NCBI GenBank assembly: GCA_013265495.1
Contig: MU061668.1
Span: 248,001-312,000 of the forward strand
Source of the DNA: Vicugna vicugna
Lineage: Eukaryota
DNA length: 64,000 bases
Reading direction: 5' to 3'
A model generated the notes under the pieces. It searched no databases and was not told the origin of the DNA. It saw only the letters and a program-made list of their open reading frames with translations. How positions within the stretch are numbered: position 1 is the stretch's first letter; each line of letters begins with the position of its first letter. A program made the translations under genes and the position numbers. Shown in pieces: positions 49,771-62,531 of this stretch.

Positions 49771-49864
49771 CAGGGCCAGAGAACCCTCGGGGGGGCCTTC
49801 GCCGTGAGTCCCAGTTACTAAGAGGGGAGGGCGTCTCACGAGTCCATCAACCATTTTCTCCCTA

Positions 49865-50240
49865 GTGATGCTGGATGAACAAAATGTGGTCTACACATGC
49901 AGTGGAGCACTATTCACCTTAGAAAACAAGGAGATTCTGACACGTGCTGCAGCGTGGCTGAACCTCGAGGACACTGCGTGAAATACGCCAGCCACAGAAG
50001 ACAGAGCCTGTGTGATTCCACTTACACGAGGTCCCTAGGAGTCGACTCCACAGGCACAGAGTGGGCTGGAGGGGGCCCGGGGTGGGGAGGGGAGCGGGGA
50101 GCGAGCGGTTCACGAGGACAGAGCTTCAGTTTGGGCAGATGGACCCCACTGGCGGCTGCACGACTAATGCCTCTTAGCTGGACACTTGAGAATGGCTCAG
50201 GTGGTCAGTGTTATGTCATGTGTATTTTATCACACAAGAA
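49865..50240 (+). mobile_element. Old LINE-1 3' end (L1MB-type)
   Basis: ggatgaacaaaatgtggtctacacatgcagtgg...gattccacttacacgaggtccctag...cagagcttcagtttggg...gtgtattttatcaca. Confidence 0.85.
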
Positions 50241-51029
50241 AGTCTGTGCTGGATGCTTCCAGTGATGGGCAGAGGGAACCACGCAGCGAGGGGAACGACT
50301 GTTCACGGGAGCGCGGGCTGCCGGCCACCGCTCTGAGCACCTCACAGGGCGACGACTTGCTTATTCCCCATAGAGCCCTGTACGGCGTGTCTCTAACCAC
50401 GCCCACCTCACAGGCGCCTCTGCTGCGCATCTCTGTGTCTGCGAGGCTGACTTACACAGAGGCACCAGCCAGGCTGCCCTGCGCTCTTGTCTGAGCGCTT
50501 TTAGCCAACGGGAGGCCCCGGTGGGAGTTGGGAAGGACAAAGAAGAGAGGGGCTGGGGGTCATCTCTGTCCCCTACCTGCCAGCCTGCAGCGGTGCGCCC
50601 CTCCCTGTGCGCCCGGCCCAGGCAGGCAGCCCTCTCTCAGCAGGACGGTGCTCACCAGCTTCCCTGAACCTCACACACGCACACCCATACGTGCACACAC
50701 ACCCCTCCAGCTCCCTGCTATTGCTCGTCCCTGGTGCTGCACCAGCCCCGCTGCCTCCCTCTTCCTCACTCACATCAGTCCTCCCCACAAGTGCACCCTG
50801 GTTTCCCCAGCATCCCCAGACACCCATCTCTCTGCCCACGTGCACACTCCTGGCTGGGGCGCCAACAGGCTGCGAAGACTCCAGATCCTAACCTGGGGAG
50901 TCCTGCGCTCCAGGGCTGCCACGAGAAAGCGGTGTGATCAGTGCCCGGGATGCAGCAAGCATCCAGGAGCGCGAGGGTCGGTCACTCCGAGAACACACAG
51001 ACCTCGCTCCAGCAGCAGGAACAAAAATG

Positions 51030-51177
51030 CACCCATCATCCATCCACTCACTCATCCATCCAACCATTCATCCATCCATCCACCCAGCCGTCATCCATTC
51101 ACCCATTCACCTGACCTGGCATCCATCCATCCATCCACCCAGCCATCATCCATTCACCCATTCGCCTGACCTGGCAG
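51030..51177 (+). repeat. (CCAT)n-like repeat with internal 55-bp tandem duplication
   Basis: cacccagcc[g/a]tcatccattcacccattc[a/g]cctgacctggca at 51081 and 51136. Confidence 0.85.
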
Positions 51178-51984
51178 CTTAAATCCATGTCCAGGAACAC
51201 ATCTGCTGAATAACAACAGACTCCAGTAAACTGACAGGCAGTGCTGCCCGTTAGCAGAAGACCGACCCTGGTCAGTGACCCCAAGTCCGAAAATTAACCC
51301 TTCCTCCTTCCCTCCTTCCTTCCTCCCATATTTACTCAGCATCCTCTGGGTGCCGGGTGTCCGGAATATGCCCGCGAACAGACAGGGACTCCAGAGGGCA
51401 TCTGCGGGGGCTCACTGGGGGCATCCCCCGCCCCACGCTCAGCCTTCCCGCCCTGGTCCCCCGGTGTGTGTCCGAGCCACGGTGATGGTGTAACTGGGCT
51501 CCCACTTAGAGAGGTCCCAGCTCCATCTCCCCCGCTGTGTATGAAGCCCCTTTCCGGGCAGGTTTTGTCTGGTCCTCAGAAGTGAGGAGGTAGGCATTTC
51601 CACTGTAATGGGCCACGGTGGTAAGTCCCTGCCGGCCAGGGAAGATTACAGACTCCAGCAAAGCCCAGGCAGAGCTGCAGGGCGTGGGTGCAGCCTCCGC
51701 GTCTCCCACGGCCTCCAGGTGTGACTGTGATAAAAAAAAAATAACACTCAGCAAGCAGCCCAGGCACCAGAGACGTCACAGAGAAGGGGCTCAGAGCCAC
51801 AGCGCAGTTCCTCCATCTGAGCTGCAGCCAGCACAGCCTACGGCGCGGCCCCGGGCCCCGGCATGACGACGCAGCAGCCATGTGGGGCTGGACCCCCTGC
51901 GAAGCACGGTCACGGCCACGCTCGCATCTCGGCCCCCCAGCGCCCCCAGTCCTACCAGGCAGGCTGCTCTTATGCTTGTTACAG

Positions 51985-52100
51985 CTGGGGAAACTGAGGC
52001 TCGGGGAGGAGAGGAAACCCGCCCAGACAGCCGGGAGCTCGTCAGGGGAGCGGGGCTGAGCCTCAGTTTTCTGATCTACAAAATGGGGATAGCGATGCTT
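51985..52100. mobile_element. Two short MIR core fragments in opposite orientation
   Basis: gggaaactgaggctc (minus) and ctgagcctcagttttctgatctacaaaatggggatag (plus). Confidence 0.65.
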
Positions 52101-52553
52101 GGCTTTCAGGAGGTTTGCGAGGACTGGGTGGGAGGCAGGGGGTGGGAGCCCTGGCGCTGCGCGGCACTCGACAGCGGCTCCACTTAGCAGAGCTCGTGCT
52201 CTTTGGTGCTGCACTCTCTCCTAAGTCACAAGTTAGTGCAGAAAATATTTCCCTGGATGTGTCGGCCACTGCGCCCGAGGGGGACCAGGCCAGCATTCGT
52301 TTCCCATTCCCGTCCAGAAAAATAAGCGCATAGCAGTTAAGGTGCCGTAGCATCTAACTCAAAATTGAAGCCACCCTGAAACACTAGGGACCATTCTGTG
52401 CCAGATTCTCCTCCATGTGGGATACAGCAGACTCATTCAGCCATTCAGCCCATCAGAACTGCCAGGTGGGACTAAGAACACTCACCTGCACCATGACCCA
52501 GGACTACAAGCTGCTGCCACACAGCTTAAACATGCCTCACTGTCAGAGAAGAG

Positions 52554-52737
52554 NNNNNNNNNNNNNNNNNNNNNNNNNNNNNNNNNNNNNNNNNNNNNNN
52601 NNNNNNNNNNNNNNNNNNNNNNNNNNNNNNNNNNNNNNNNNNNNNNNNNNNNNNNNNNNNNNNNNNNNNNNNNNNNNNNNNNNNNNNNNNNNNNNNNNNN
52701 NNNNNNNNNNNNNNNNNNNNNNNNNNNNNNNNNNNNN
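52554..52737. other. Assembly gap (N run)
   Basis: Run of N abutting a (CCAT)n repeat. Confidence 0.98.
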
Positions 52738-52995
52738 ATCCATCCTGTGATCATCCATCCACCCATCATCCATCCACCACCACCCATCCATCCACCCACC
52801 CATCCCTCCACCCACTCATCCCTCCATCCATCCATCCTGTCATCATCCATCCACCCACCCATCTATCCATCCATCCTTTCATCTATCTGCCCATCCATCT
52901 ACCCATCCTGTCATCATTATCCATCCAGCCATTCACCCATCCATCCATCCATCCATCCATCCATCTATCCATCCACCCACCCACTAGTCCAGCCA
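52738..52995 (+). repeat. Degenerate (CCAT)n simple repeat
   Basis: atccatcctgtgatcatccatccaccc...catccatccatccatctatcc. Confidence 0.92.
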
Positions 52996-52999
52996 GCCA

Positions 53000-53130
53000 G
53001 CCAGTTAGCACCCTATATGCCAAGCACTGTTCTAAGGCAGTGGGGACCCAGCATGAACAAGACAGAGAAGACTCCCCACCTTGTCGAGCTGCTGGGCTCC
53101 TGGAGGAGAACAATGAACGAGACGTCAGCA
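53000..53130 (-). mobile_element. LINE-2 3' end
   Basis: tatatgccaagcactgttctaaggcagtggggacccagcatgaacaagacaga. Confidence 0.75.
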
Positions 53131-53279
53131 CGGCAGTGGCAGGGAGCACCCAGAGAAGGGCACGAGGGTGAGGCACTGGGCTGAGCTGGGGACACTGTCC
53201 ACAGCAAGTGAAAGATGAGGACATGCACACGTTCAGAATCCATCTCATTCATCCTCCTCTACCTCCTGATTTTTGTGAG

Positions 53280-54200
53280 CTCCATTATTATTTTTACATC
53301 ATCCAGGTTATCAAACTCACATTCTGTTCACAACTGGATTTCTCGTTCATTCTGTAAGTAAACGGATTAAATGTTCAGCACTAGTCTTTTGTCAAAGTGT
53401 CTCCTTTTCTGGGATCTTCATTCTGGTTCATCTACGAACCAAATGCATCCCTCTTGCCTGTCCATCTTTGAGGAAGTCTGCCTGTTGCATTTGTACATAA
53501 ACAACAGCAAGGTTGTGAATGTACATTATTCCCCGGGAACACGCCCTTTCCCCCAGGCTCAGAGCCTGGAAGACCCTCCTCCAGTCCTCTCTGGCACTGG
53601 GGCAGCAGAGGCGAGGTGAGCCTGGTGTTTCTGTCCTTTGTACGTGATGCGTCCTCTCTGCCTGGATGCCCGGGGATGCCTCCTTTTGTCCGAGCGTCGA
53701 CACATCTCGGCACTGAGGATTTGAGCAAGTGTTTCCAGAACACCGGGGGCTTGTCCTGTCCACTGGTGCAGTTCCCCGCTTCTCTGGACGCAGTACGCAC
53801 ATCACAGGGTTGGGGGGGTCCATCTTCTGGCTGGCCGCCAGCTCCCCGACTCAAGGAACATCAGCTACGCTACGAGCGTCGCGGGAGTGTTCTTCTGCAC
53901 CGGCTGAGCCTCTTTTAATTGCTTCTATCTCTTTCTGTCTCTGTCTTTTTTTCAGCTGCGTTCACTCTGATTATCTTAAGCTTTCCCTTTTTTGACACTT
54001 CCTCCATTCCAGTCTCGCTGTTCCTGATTCATTTATCCGCTCCTTAAAAATACTGCTTTGATCTTCAATTCTTTTCCTTAGGTCTTCAATCACCCTTTTC
54101 ATCTCATTTTGATTTTTTTTTAACTTCTAATTTCCAAGCTCTCCAACTGGAGTTCTTATTAAGTTGCTTTATAGCGTGAAGTCATCGCGAGAATATTTCA
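53280..54200 (-). mobile_element. Old LINE-1 ORF1/5' region (L1M), decayed
   Basis: T/C-rich, with motifs such as tgaagaccctcctccagtcctctctggc and tttaacttctaatttccaagctct typical of reverse-strand old L1 ORF1. Recognition by eye only. Confidence 0.5.
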
Positions 54201-54293
54201 CTATGTTCTTCGAGCTTTTTTTTTTTTTTTGAGGTGGGATTCTTTTTTCCTATCATATGACAAATATTTTCAAACAGCAATTGAAAAACAGCT

Positions 54294-54394
54294 TTAGGTT
54301 GAACGCTAAGCTGTATAACCTTACATCAGCATAAACTGCTGATATGTGACCATTTTGACCTCTAAAACCAGCAATTTCATGGTTTAAATGAATA
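54294..54394. mobile_element. MADE2-like mariner MITE
   Basis: ttaggttgaac...aactgctgatatgtgaccattttgacctctaaaaccagcaatttcatggtt matches the recalled MADE2 consensus with an extra ~25 bp after the left TIR. Confidence 0.6.
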
Positions 54395-54959
54395 CCATGA
54401 AAACTCATACTTATTTACCAGGACCAGGACCATGATACTTCGCGCCTAAAGATTTCAGCCCACATCTCCTAAGAACACGGCCCCATAAAACCACGACTCT
54501 GTGTCGGCTTACAGGCTGCCCCTTCCTTCCCCCTTCCCACCGTTCTGGCTTTATTTTCTCCTAGGTGCGCCCGCACAGCCCACCGCAGCTCACGAGCTCA
54601 GGCAGCTCAGGGCAGATGCTCCGCGGGCTCCAACGTGGTGGGCGTGGCCCCCCACCCCCAACAGATCTGCTGTCCCCTCCGGGCGCAGAGTAAGGGCTGA
54701 GTCTCTGTGAGTCCCACCCTCCTTCCCAAACCTGAAAGGCTGCAAGCTGGAGGCACAGAGCTCAGGGGGACGGTGTGCAGGCCGTGGTAAGACACTCCAG
54801 CTTGGGCACCAAGTTCCCCAGTCACACTGGTCCAGGGCTGCAGCCCGGAGTCGCTCTGGGGCTGCCTGCAGGCTGTTGGGATAGCTGAGGTGAGAGGGGA
54901 GGGCGTTCCAGAACTTTCTGCCCTCTGAGGAATCCCTTCTGCCTCGATCCTCCTACCCC

Positions 54960-55250
54960 TCTTGTCCTCTTCTTTTGTCTGCCTTCTCTCTTTCAGGGCT
55001 CAGCTGAGATGTCACCTCCTCCAGGAAGCCATCCATGTTCCCCCCCAACTGAGTCAGGGGCTCCTCCTCTGCACACCCACTGTCCTAAGGGCTTTCCCCA
55101 TCACCACCCTCAAGGGGGTCACTGATGAACTATGTGTCTATCTCCTCCCGTTGGGCTGTGGATGTCTGGTCAGCAGGGACAGGGTCTTCACTGCAGACCT
55201 GCCGCCCTAGCTCAGGGCCTGACACATACTTCAAAGCACACAAAATGCAG
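54960..55250 (+). mobile_element. LINE-2 3' end
   Basis: tcagggctcagctgagatgtcacctcctccaggaagcc...gcagggacagggtctt...agggcctgacacata. Confidence 0.8.
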
Positions 55251-55289
55251 GTGGTGTCAAAAAAAACCCTGTACCAGCAAGAAAGAATG

Positions 55290-55750
55290 CGAAGCAAGAC
55301 TGTATAAAGACAGACACTGAATGACAGTGAAACAGAAATTCTGTTCACCCGAACACCAGATACAGAGGACAAGGACGAACCACAGAGTGGGAGAGGATGT
55401 GTGCACTGCCGGACACACAACCCACAAAGAGCCCGCAACCACGACGGATGTGTTTTAGAACCTTCCACGGCTCAAAAACAAAAAACCCAGACAATTCGAT
55501 TTTTTTTTAAATGAGCAAAAGACCTGTCCAGACATTTCACAAGGAGGAAAGTCGAAAGGCTGGGGAATCCACGACAAACCCTGCATCCTCGGTCACTGGG
55601 AAACGCAGGGGCAGCACCAGGAGGCCCCATGTTCACCCATGAGAGGGGCCACACTGAAAAGACGAACAACGCAAATGCTGAGACAGGAACTTTCATTCTT
55701 TGCTGGTGGGAAAGCATAAAGCTATTTGGAAAGTCGTTTCCAGGAAAGGA
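55290..55750 (+). mobile_element. Old LINE-1 ORF2 C-terminal fragment
   Basis: aaatgagcaaaagacctgtccagacatttcacaaggagga...ggaactttcattctttgctggtgggaa. Confidence 0.75.
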
Positions 55751-57689
55751 CCCTCCTGTGGACTGGGCTGGGCCCGTCTCTAAGCCAGCGCAGTGTGGGC
55801 ATTTGCAGCCGCGCGTCAGCTCTGCCAGCCCGGGCCCGCCGGCCCCCGGGCGTGGGCTCTGTCTGCGGCTCACTCTGTGTCTGTGCCTCTCAGGGGACCC
55901 CAGGGCAGGGTCTCTGGTTTCCTGGGCTATGGATTTCTGACTGGCCGCCTGCGTGGGGCTCTGAGACCACGGCTCCCTCCCGCTAACAGCCCCGGGAGAT
56001 GGGCCTGTTCTGGGTGCCACCGTTTGCTCCATGGAGAAGGCTCTCTCCGACTTTCAGAAGCACTAGCAGCAGCCCGGCACCCGGAACCGGAGCCTCGGGC
56101 CTCCCCTGCCCCCCGGGCCACGGCGCCCGCCTGCGCCCCTCTCGGGGCACCACAGAGAAGCAAGGACACTGCCTGGGCTCCCCTGAACGTCCTGCACTGG
56201 AAGCTCACCGAATCCCCACCCAGCAAGGTCACATGCTTGCTGTGTGACCTGAGCAGGCTGCTTCACCTCTCTGAGCCTTGGTTTCCCAGCGGGAGGAAGC
56301 ACTGCCTGGCCAGCGAGCATCAGCCTTGGCAGGGTGTCGAATCCCGGCTCCATCAAATGCAGGGATGCGCCCTCAGGGGAGCGGCTTGTCCTCCCAGCCC
56401 TCGGCGGGCCCCTGAGTAGCACCCCCAGTGGGGGGATCCCGTGTGTCCATCCACCCTTGGACATAGCAGGCCCTCCACCGTCTCCCTAGATGATCTCAGC
56501 TCTGCCCCCGTCCAGTCACCCACGTGCTGGTAGGGGGAGGTGTTGAATGAAGCTGTCGGGGTTTGCCCGAGGGAACCCCAATCTCCAAGCACCCCCCTTC
56601 CAACTGTGCAGAGGCTCAGAGTTACCAGACCACCTGCTCCCTCCCGTGGAGAACTGTGCCCAGCCCTGGGGAGATGAACTACTCCAGATGGTTCTAACTG
56701 ACACAGACAAGGCCAGGGCCCTGGCCGCCGCAGGCCCGCCGGTCACAGCCTCCGGACCCACTAAGGGCCTGGGCATCTCCGCTCTGATCTGAACTTTCCT
56801 ACCGAGGAGGGGGCTCAGGGCAGGTCTCCCAGGGATGAGGTGGGCTTTGGGGATTTTCAGGACTCATGAGGGAGGGTTCTCCATGGCTTCCATCCCAAGG
56901 GGACATTCCTAGGAGGAGGAGGGAAGGAGGCAGGCTTCAAGGACCCCTAATAAAAGCCATCCACGTGGAGGGCACGGCCTGCCTCTGACTGAAAGGATGA
57001 CTGACTGCCTGGTTAAGGATTCTGGGAGGTCTCAGGGCAGGGGAGCAGTCCGTGAATCCATCAACACAGTGGGACGGACACAGATACATCCCTGCTGGTG
57101 AGATTCACTCAGCGATGACCACTCCTTCCCCAGTGCCTGTGGGATGCGTGCTGGACGCTGGGGACAGAGAGGCAACAAAAGTCCCCTAGAATGCAAGGAT
57201 CTTGTGTGCTCTGCTCCCTGTTGGAGTCCCAGTGTCTTGCATGAAGCACGGATGCAGTAAAGCTTGTTGAATGACTGAGTGATCTCCACCGTCGGAAGCT
57301 CAGTCAGTGGACAAGACAGAAGAACGGGAGAGCAGTGAGCCCCAGTCTGATCACTGCAGGCTGGAGAACTGTGTATGAAGCCCCTGCGTTCATGCCTGGG
57401 GTGCTGGGGGCCTCACCTCGGGCTGGACGGCACTGACCGAGGAAAGTCTTCCCAGCAGTGAGCACCTCATCCTTCTGTTCCTGAGCCCAGGTTTTCCAAG
57501 CGTACAAGTTCCATAAAGTTTACTGAAGGGAAGGAGAGAACACCCCTGCCAGGGGTCCTTCCCCCGCTCTCGGGGCCCCTGCAGATCTAACCTGCTCCTG
57601 CCCCAGGTCATTTACAAAAATCCTGACTCGGATTCTGGGGTGGGTCCACCCTCCAACTCCCTTCCAGGGGCAGGGTGCTCAGCAGCGTC

Positions 57690-58030
57690 CAGTGTCAGAG
57701 CCCAGGGCCTGTGGCTGAGCCACTCTCCTTGGCCCTCCATGGACCCCAGGAGAAGCCCCAGCCCCCCAGGCGCATCCCTGAGGGCCACAACGGGCCCCCG
57801 TGCTCTGCCTCGCCCCTGTCCCACTCGGTCCGATCTCAGCTCAAATCTCACTGCCCAGCCTCCGAGCCTTTGCCCTTGAACCTGCCTTCTCCTGGAAAGC
57901 CTGCCCTCACTGCCCTCCATCCAAGCTGATGAAAATACTGAAGCCCATCTCAAACGCCACATCCCTGCCGCTACAGTCCCTCTACTCCAGCTGCGTGTTC
58001 CCCCATCCCTTCGCCCTGGCCTGAGTGTCT
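57690..58030 (+). mobile_element. LINE-2 fragment
   Basis: ccgagcctttgcccttgaacctgccttctcctggaaagcc...gcccatctcaaacgccac. Confidence 0.6.
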
Positions 58031-58124
58031 CCCACGTCCCCAGGGCCCTGTCATCTGAGGGCCTGTCAGCTCCTGGTGGCTGTGATTACTCAAACGCCTG
58101 GGAGTGCCGGGGGGCTGTTGCTGA

Positions 58125-58360
58125 GAGCACTGGCTTTGGAGTCAGGCAGCCCAGAACCTGAATGTCACCTCTGCCACGTCTATGCTGTGTGACCTCAGAG
58201 TCCTTAACCTCTCTGAGACTGGTCTCCTCACCTGTGAAATGGGGACAGTTGTACTGGCCAAGCTGTTGTAAAGATTCAATGAGATAGTGAAAGTCAAACT
58301 CCTGGAACACCGCCCTGCACAGAGGACACGCTGACAAAGGGGGCTATTAGTAAGAGCAAC
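58125..58360 (+). mobile_element. MIR SINE (near full length)
   Basis: agagcactggctttggagtcaggcag...tgtgtgacctcag...cttaacctctctgag...ctcacctgtgaaatgggga...gttgtaaagattcaatgaga. Confidence 0.88.
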
Positions 58361-58879
58361 AACAGTGACCACAGGGACACCACCCTTCCACACGCTCCTG
58401 GTGGGTTTCAGTGAGTGCAGATGAACCGGGCAGCTTGGGAGAGACCGGGGTCAGCCGCTCGGGAAAACCAGTCCCTGGGGCGGGGCCGCACACCGGGAAG
58501 GCGCGCTCTGGGCAGATCCCAGCAGCCGCCCAGGGCGGGCAGGAAGCAGGGGCGGCCAGGAGCCCTGTCCCTCAGCCGGGGCTCCGAGTCTGGATGCAGG
58601 ATTCACGCACAGTCCCCTCCCTAGAGGCTCCACCCAGAGCTCTGCTCCCGGCCCAAGGCTCCACACCAGCCCCTGCTCGTGGACCCTCCTGGCCAGGGGT
58701 CCGGGACAGCGGCGGCAGTAGCTCCCAGCTGGCTCCCAGCTTCCGGGACCCTTTGCTTCCAACAGGCCCCACAAGGTGAGGAGGCCCCCCAGCCCTGGTC
58801 CTACCCAGCCACGGCCCACGCCCACAGGGAGGCCTGTGCTCGGTCCCCCCGCCTAGGACAGCGGCCCCTCCTGGTCCTG

Positions 58880-59600
58880 CAGCCGAGAGAGCTGTGGGAG
58901 GTCTTCATCTACTCCGCACGCACGTCCTCCATGAGCCCTGCAGACACTTTCTCCCGCTCTGTGTGCCGCCTTTGCACTTTACTGGCAGTGCTCCTCGAGA
59001 CACGGAAGAGTCTTACTTTGATGGAGTTCAATGGCACTTCTTCTTCTTCCTTTTCCTTCAGTTGCCCAGACTTTTAGTATCACAGCTAAGAATCCTTCGC
59101 CAAAGACCCACCCCTCGTTTTCTCGTTAGAGTTTCATTATTTTTAACTCTTACATCTAGGCCTCTGATCCACTTGGTAATTTTTGTTCACATGTTGAAGG
59201 AAGAGTCCAAATCCGGCCTTGCACGTGGACGTCCGGCTGTCCCAGCAGCGTTTGTTGAAAAGACTGTTCTCTCGCCTCGGGATGGGCTCGGCCCCGGCGG
59301 AAAGCAGCCGGCCACAGACGCACGCGCTTATCTGCCCGCTGCTTTCCCCGTCCGTCCTGTGCCGGCTCACACAGTCCCCATTACCCTGTAGTAAGCCTGA
59401 AGGTGGGACGTCTGAGTCCGACTTTGCCTCGTTCCCAGCGGTTCCCTCTCTCCCGGGCCCCCTGCAACCCCAGGCAACTGTCAGGTCCTCGTGTGACTTT
59501 CGTGAGCCTGCAGGGGGGGATCTACCCAGGGCTCCTTTAAATTTCACGTCCTTCACGTTGAGTCAAGTTTCAGCATAAAAGACCCATTAAACCTGATCAA
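58880..59600 (-). mobile_element. Old LINE-1 ORF2 3' region, decayed
   Basis: ttttaactcttacatctaggcctctgatccacttgg, gtttgttgaaaagactgttct, ccgactttg. Confidence 0.8.
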
Positions 59601-62234
59601 ATCCAATCAATCAGCACAGTGAGCCATTACCAGGCTGTAACTAACGTGACCACTGCCCCATGAAGCTCCCTGGCGTGGCCAAGTCCCCGGGCTGAAGCTG
59701 AGGATGTGAAGGCGGCAAAGGTGCTGTAGGTGGCTGGATGCCTGGGCCATCTCGGGAGTGGCCGCCACCCACCCTGTCACCCCAACCAGGAGCCGGCACC
59801 ATCAGGGGCTCCCACTCTCTCAGCCGGTCACCACATTTTATCTGTGTATTCACGCCCACCCCACCCCCAGTGACCTTGACCTTTGCCCAAACCTCCCAAG
59901 TCACCTGCTCTTCCCCACTGCCGCCAAGCCACTCTGGGCCAGGCCAGCAGCATCTCTCCATGGACTGCTGCACCTGCCCCCGACCAGCCTGGCCGCCCCC
60001 TCCGGGCCTTCGCCTCTTCATTCAGCAGCAGGAGGGGCCTTATAAGCCACGACGCGCCGCATCACCCCCAAACGCAGGCACAAACGCTCCGAGGGCTCCC
60101 CGGGCACTGAGGGCCAAAGCGACCCTCCTGCCCGGCGGCCGGCCTCCAAGTGGCTGTCCCCAAGTTCACCAGCAGGAGGAACCCAGGGGCGGTGGCCGGT
60201 TCCGCGGTCTCGGCGCCTGCCCTGCGCAGAGGCAGGGCCCCTCCCTGGTCACTCACTGTGATGTCGCCCCAGGGCCTTTCCCTTCTCGAAACAAGTCTCC
60301 GCGGGTCTGGAGGTCCCAGGTCGGGGTGGCCCCGTGGTCACCTGGGAGGTGCCCCTGCCCGGCCCCACCCTGGTGGGAAAGAGCATTAAGCACACACACC
60401 AAGTGGAACGCTGCCTCATTGACATGCACTACAGCTGCACTGACTGCCACCCGCAGGTCCTGGGGGAGCCGGCGGAGGACGTGAAAAATGGACTCATTAG
60501 GACGTTAAATAATTGAACAACGAGGGCTCTCTGCTCCACAGCAGCAGCAGCGCTGCCCAAGGCCTGGCTACCCCCAGAGGGTCCACCCAGCCCGGGGACG
60601 GTCCTTGCCAGCCACATGGCCACCAGGCACCTATTACAAGGGGGAGATGGCACATCTTCCTCTGCAGATCATTGCTCACTTCAGCAAGGTTCCCCGAGCT
60701 GCTCGCAGCTGATTTCCACGACACTGATGCCGCCCGAGGCAGGCAGGGAGAGTGACTTTGGGACATGAGTGTGTCTGTGGAGCGAGAACCCAGCCAGGAG
60801 GGGCCCATCCACAGGGACAGGGCTGGCCAGCTTCAGCGCCCCCTCTTTTGAGAGCCCCAGATTTAAACTTGGGAAACATCGCCCGGGACAGAGATGGACT
60901 CTCATCAACATCTGGGCACCCAGGGAAGAGGACGTGCTAACAAAATTACTCATATTGAATCAAATGACTAATTAATAATCAAGCCTATTCTCTGGTCCAA
61001 AGGAAGCGACAGCCTGAAGGCAGGAGCTGACTTACTCCTCCGTTTACCTGTGATCTCGGAGCAGTGCCCCAAAAGCAGGCCCTGAGATGTTCGACGGTGC
61101 ATTTCAGCCCTGACAGAGCCTCCTCTCCAGGTGTGAAGGGTGCTGCCCGCCTGGATGCCCATGTCCTGGGACACGTGGCTCCGGTGGCTGGGCCGGCCGG
61201 CCCTCACACACCCCTTCATCCAGAACCACACGGACCGGGCCCATCTGCCGGCTCCTGTTACTGTAACAGCTGCCAGCTTGGGAACGGTCCACGGGCAATC
61301 AACCTTGTTTCTCAAAATGGCATCGCGAGCCGCTCACCCTGTCAGGAAGAGAAGGTGCAGGGTTGGGGGCGGCGAGGAGTCCGAGGGAGGCAGGGAGCCC
61401 GGTGAGCAGGGGGTCAAGAGGAGCCCACCGTGTCTGGCTCCGAGGCCGCTGGGGGGCCCCTAGGATGCGGACACCGGAGGATGGCCTCCAGCAGAGACCA
61501 GCCAAGACGGGGGGACAGGAGGGGATGTTTCTGCCCCTGAACGCTGTGTCGAGGGCAGAGGTCAGGCCGCCCCAACCTGTTCCCCGGGTGGGATCACCTT
61601 GGGGCAGTGCCCAGAGGGTCATACCCGCCTGGCAGTGGTTGCAGGGGTGGGCTCGCTGGCTCCCTGGTCCACTGTCCTCTGCAGGCCCCTCAGCTCAGTC
61701 AGAAGGATGACAGTCCCCAGACCCTGTGGGAGGAGCCAGAGGAAAGGCAGAGGAGGGACAGACCGCCTCCCTCACCCCAAAGCAGGCGTGGGAGCCCCAC
61801 CCTTCTAAGGAGCAGAGCTGGATTTCCACCCCCGCAGCACACCTGGCCACCTCATTCCCCGCTCCCCACACAACACTGGGCCCGGGAGCCCATGAGCTCA
61901 GACAACACGGTTCCCAAGGCCTCCAGGAACACACACCTGGACAGGCCGTGGCCCTCCCCAGCCCACAGAGCTGCAGTTGGGGCCGCACGCAGCTCAGGGA
62001 CTGCGTCAAAGGGGCTGGGCCTCCTGCTCGCGGTGCTGCCGACACCAGCATCTGCCACAAGACGGGACGTTCCGCCCGCAATTAGTGATCTGGAAAATGA
62101 GGCCTGGTGCCCGCGGTGATGAGATTCACAAAGGACCTCGGGGCCAGGCAGCTGCCCGACCTCACAATTTAGTGTGTTCCAGATGTCCCCAGGCTCCCCC
62201 AGGAGATGGGACAAGCAGCCTGCCCCGCCCACAC

Positions 62235-62479
62235 CCTGCCACCGCTAGAGGACTTTTTTTTTCTTTAAGTGCTAAAAGATGCCTAACGTGAAATTTACCA
62301 CTTTTAAGTGTGCATGTCAGGGCACTAAGGGCATCACACTGTTGTGCAACCATCCCCCCATCCACCCCCAGCACCTTTTCTTCTTCCCACATTAAACACT
62401 AGCCCCCTCCCCTCCCCCAGCCCCTGGCAGCCACATCCTCCTTCCAGTCTCTAGGAATCTGACTGCTCTGGGGACCTCA

Positions 62480-62531
<52 letters not shown>

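Noticed and set aside
7431-52737. Four similar-sized N runs as a biological pattern
   Set aside because: They sit in young L1 ends or a simple repeat, as expected for short-read scaffold gaps.
37572-60503. Shared 11-mer TCATTAGGACG at about 37585 and 60493
   Set aside because: Flanks do not align. An 11-bp match is expected by chance in 64 kb.
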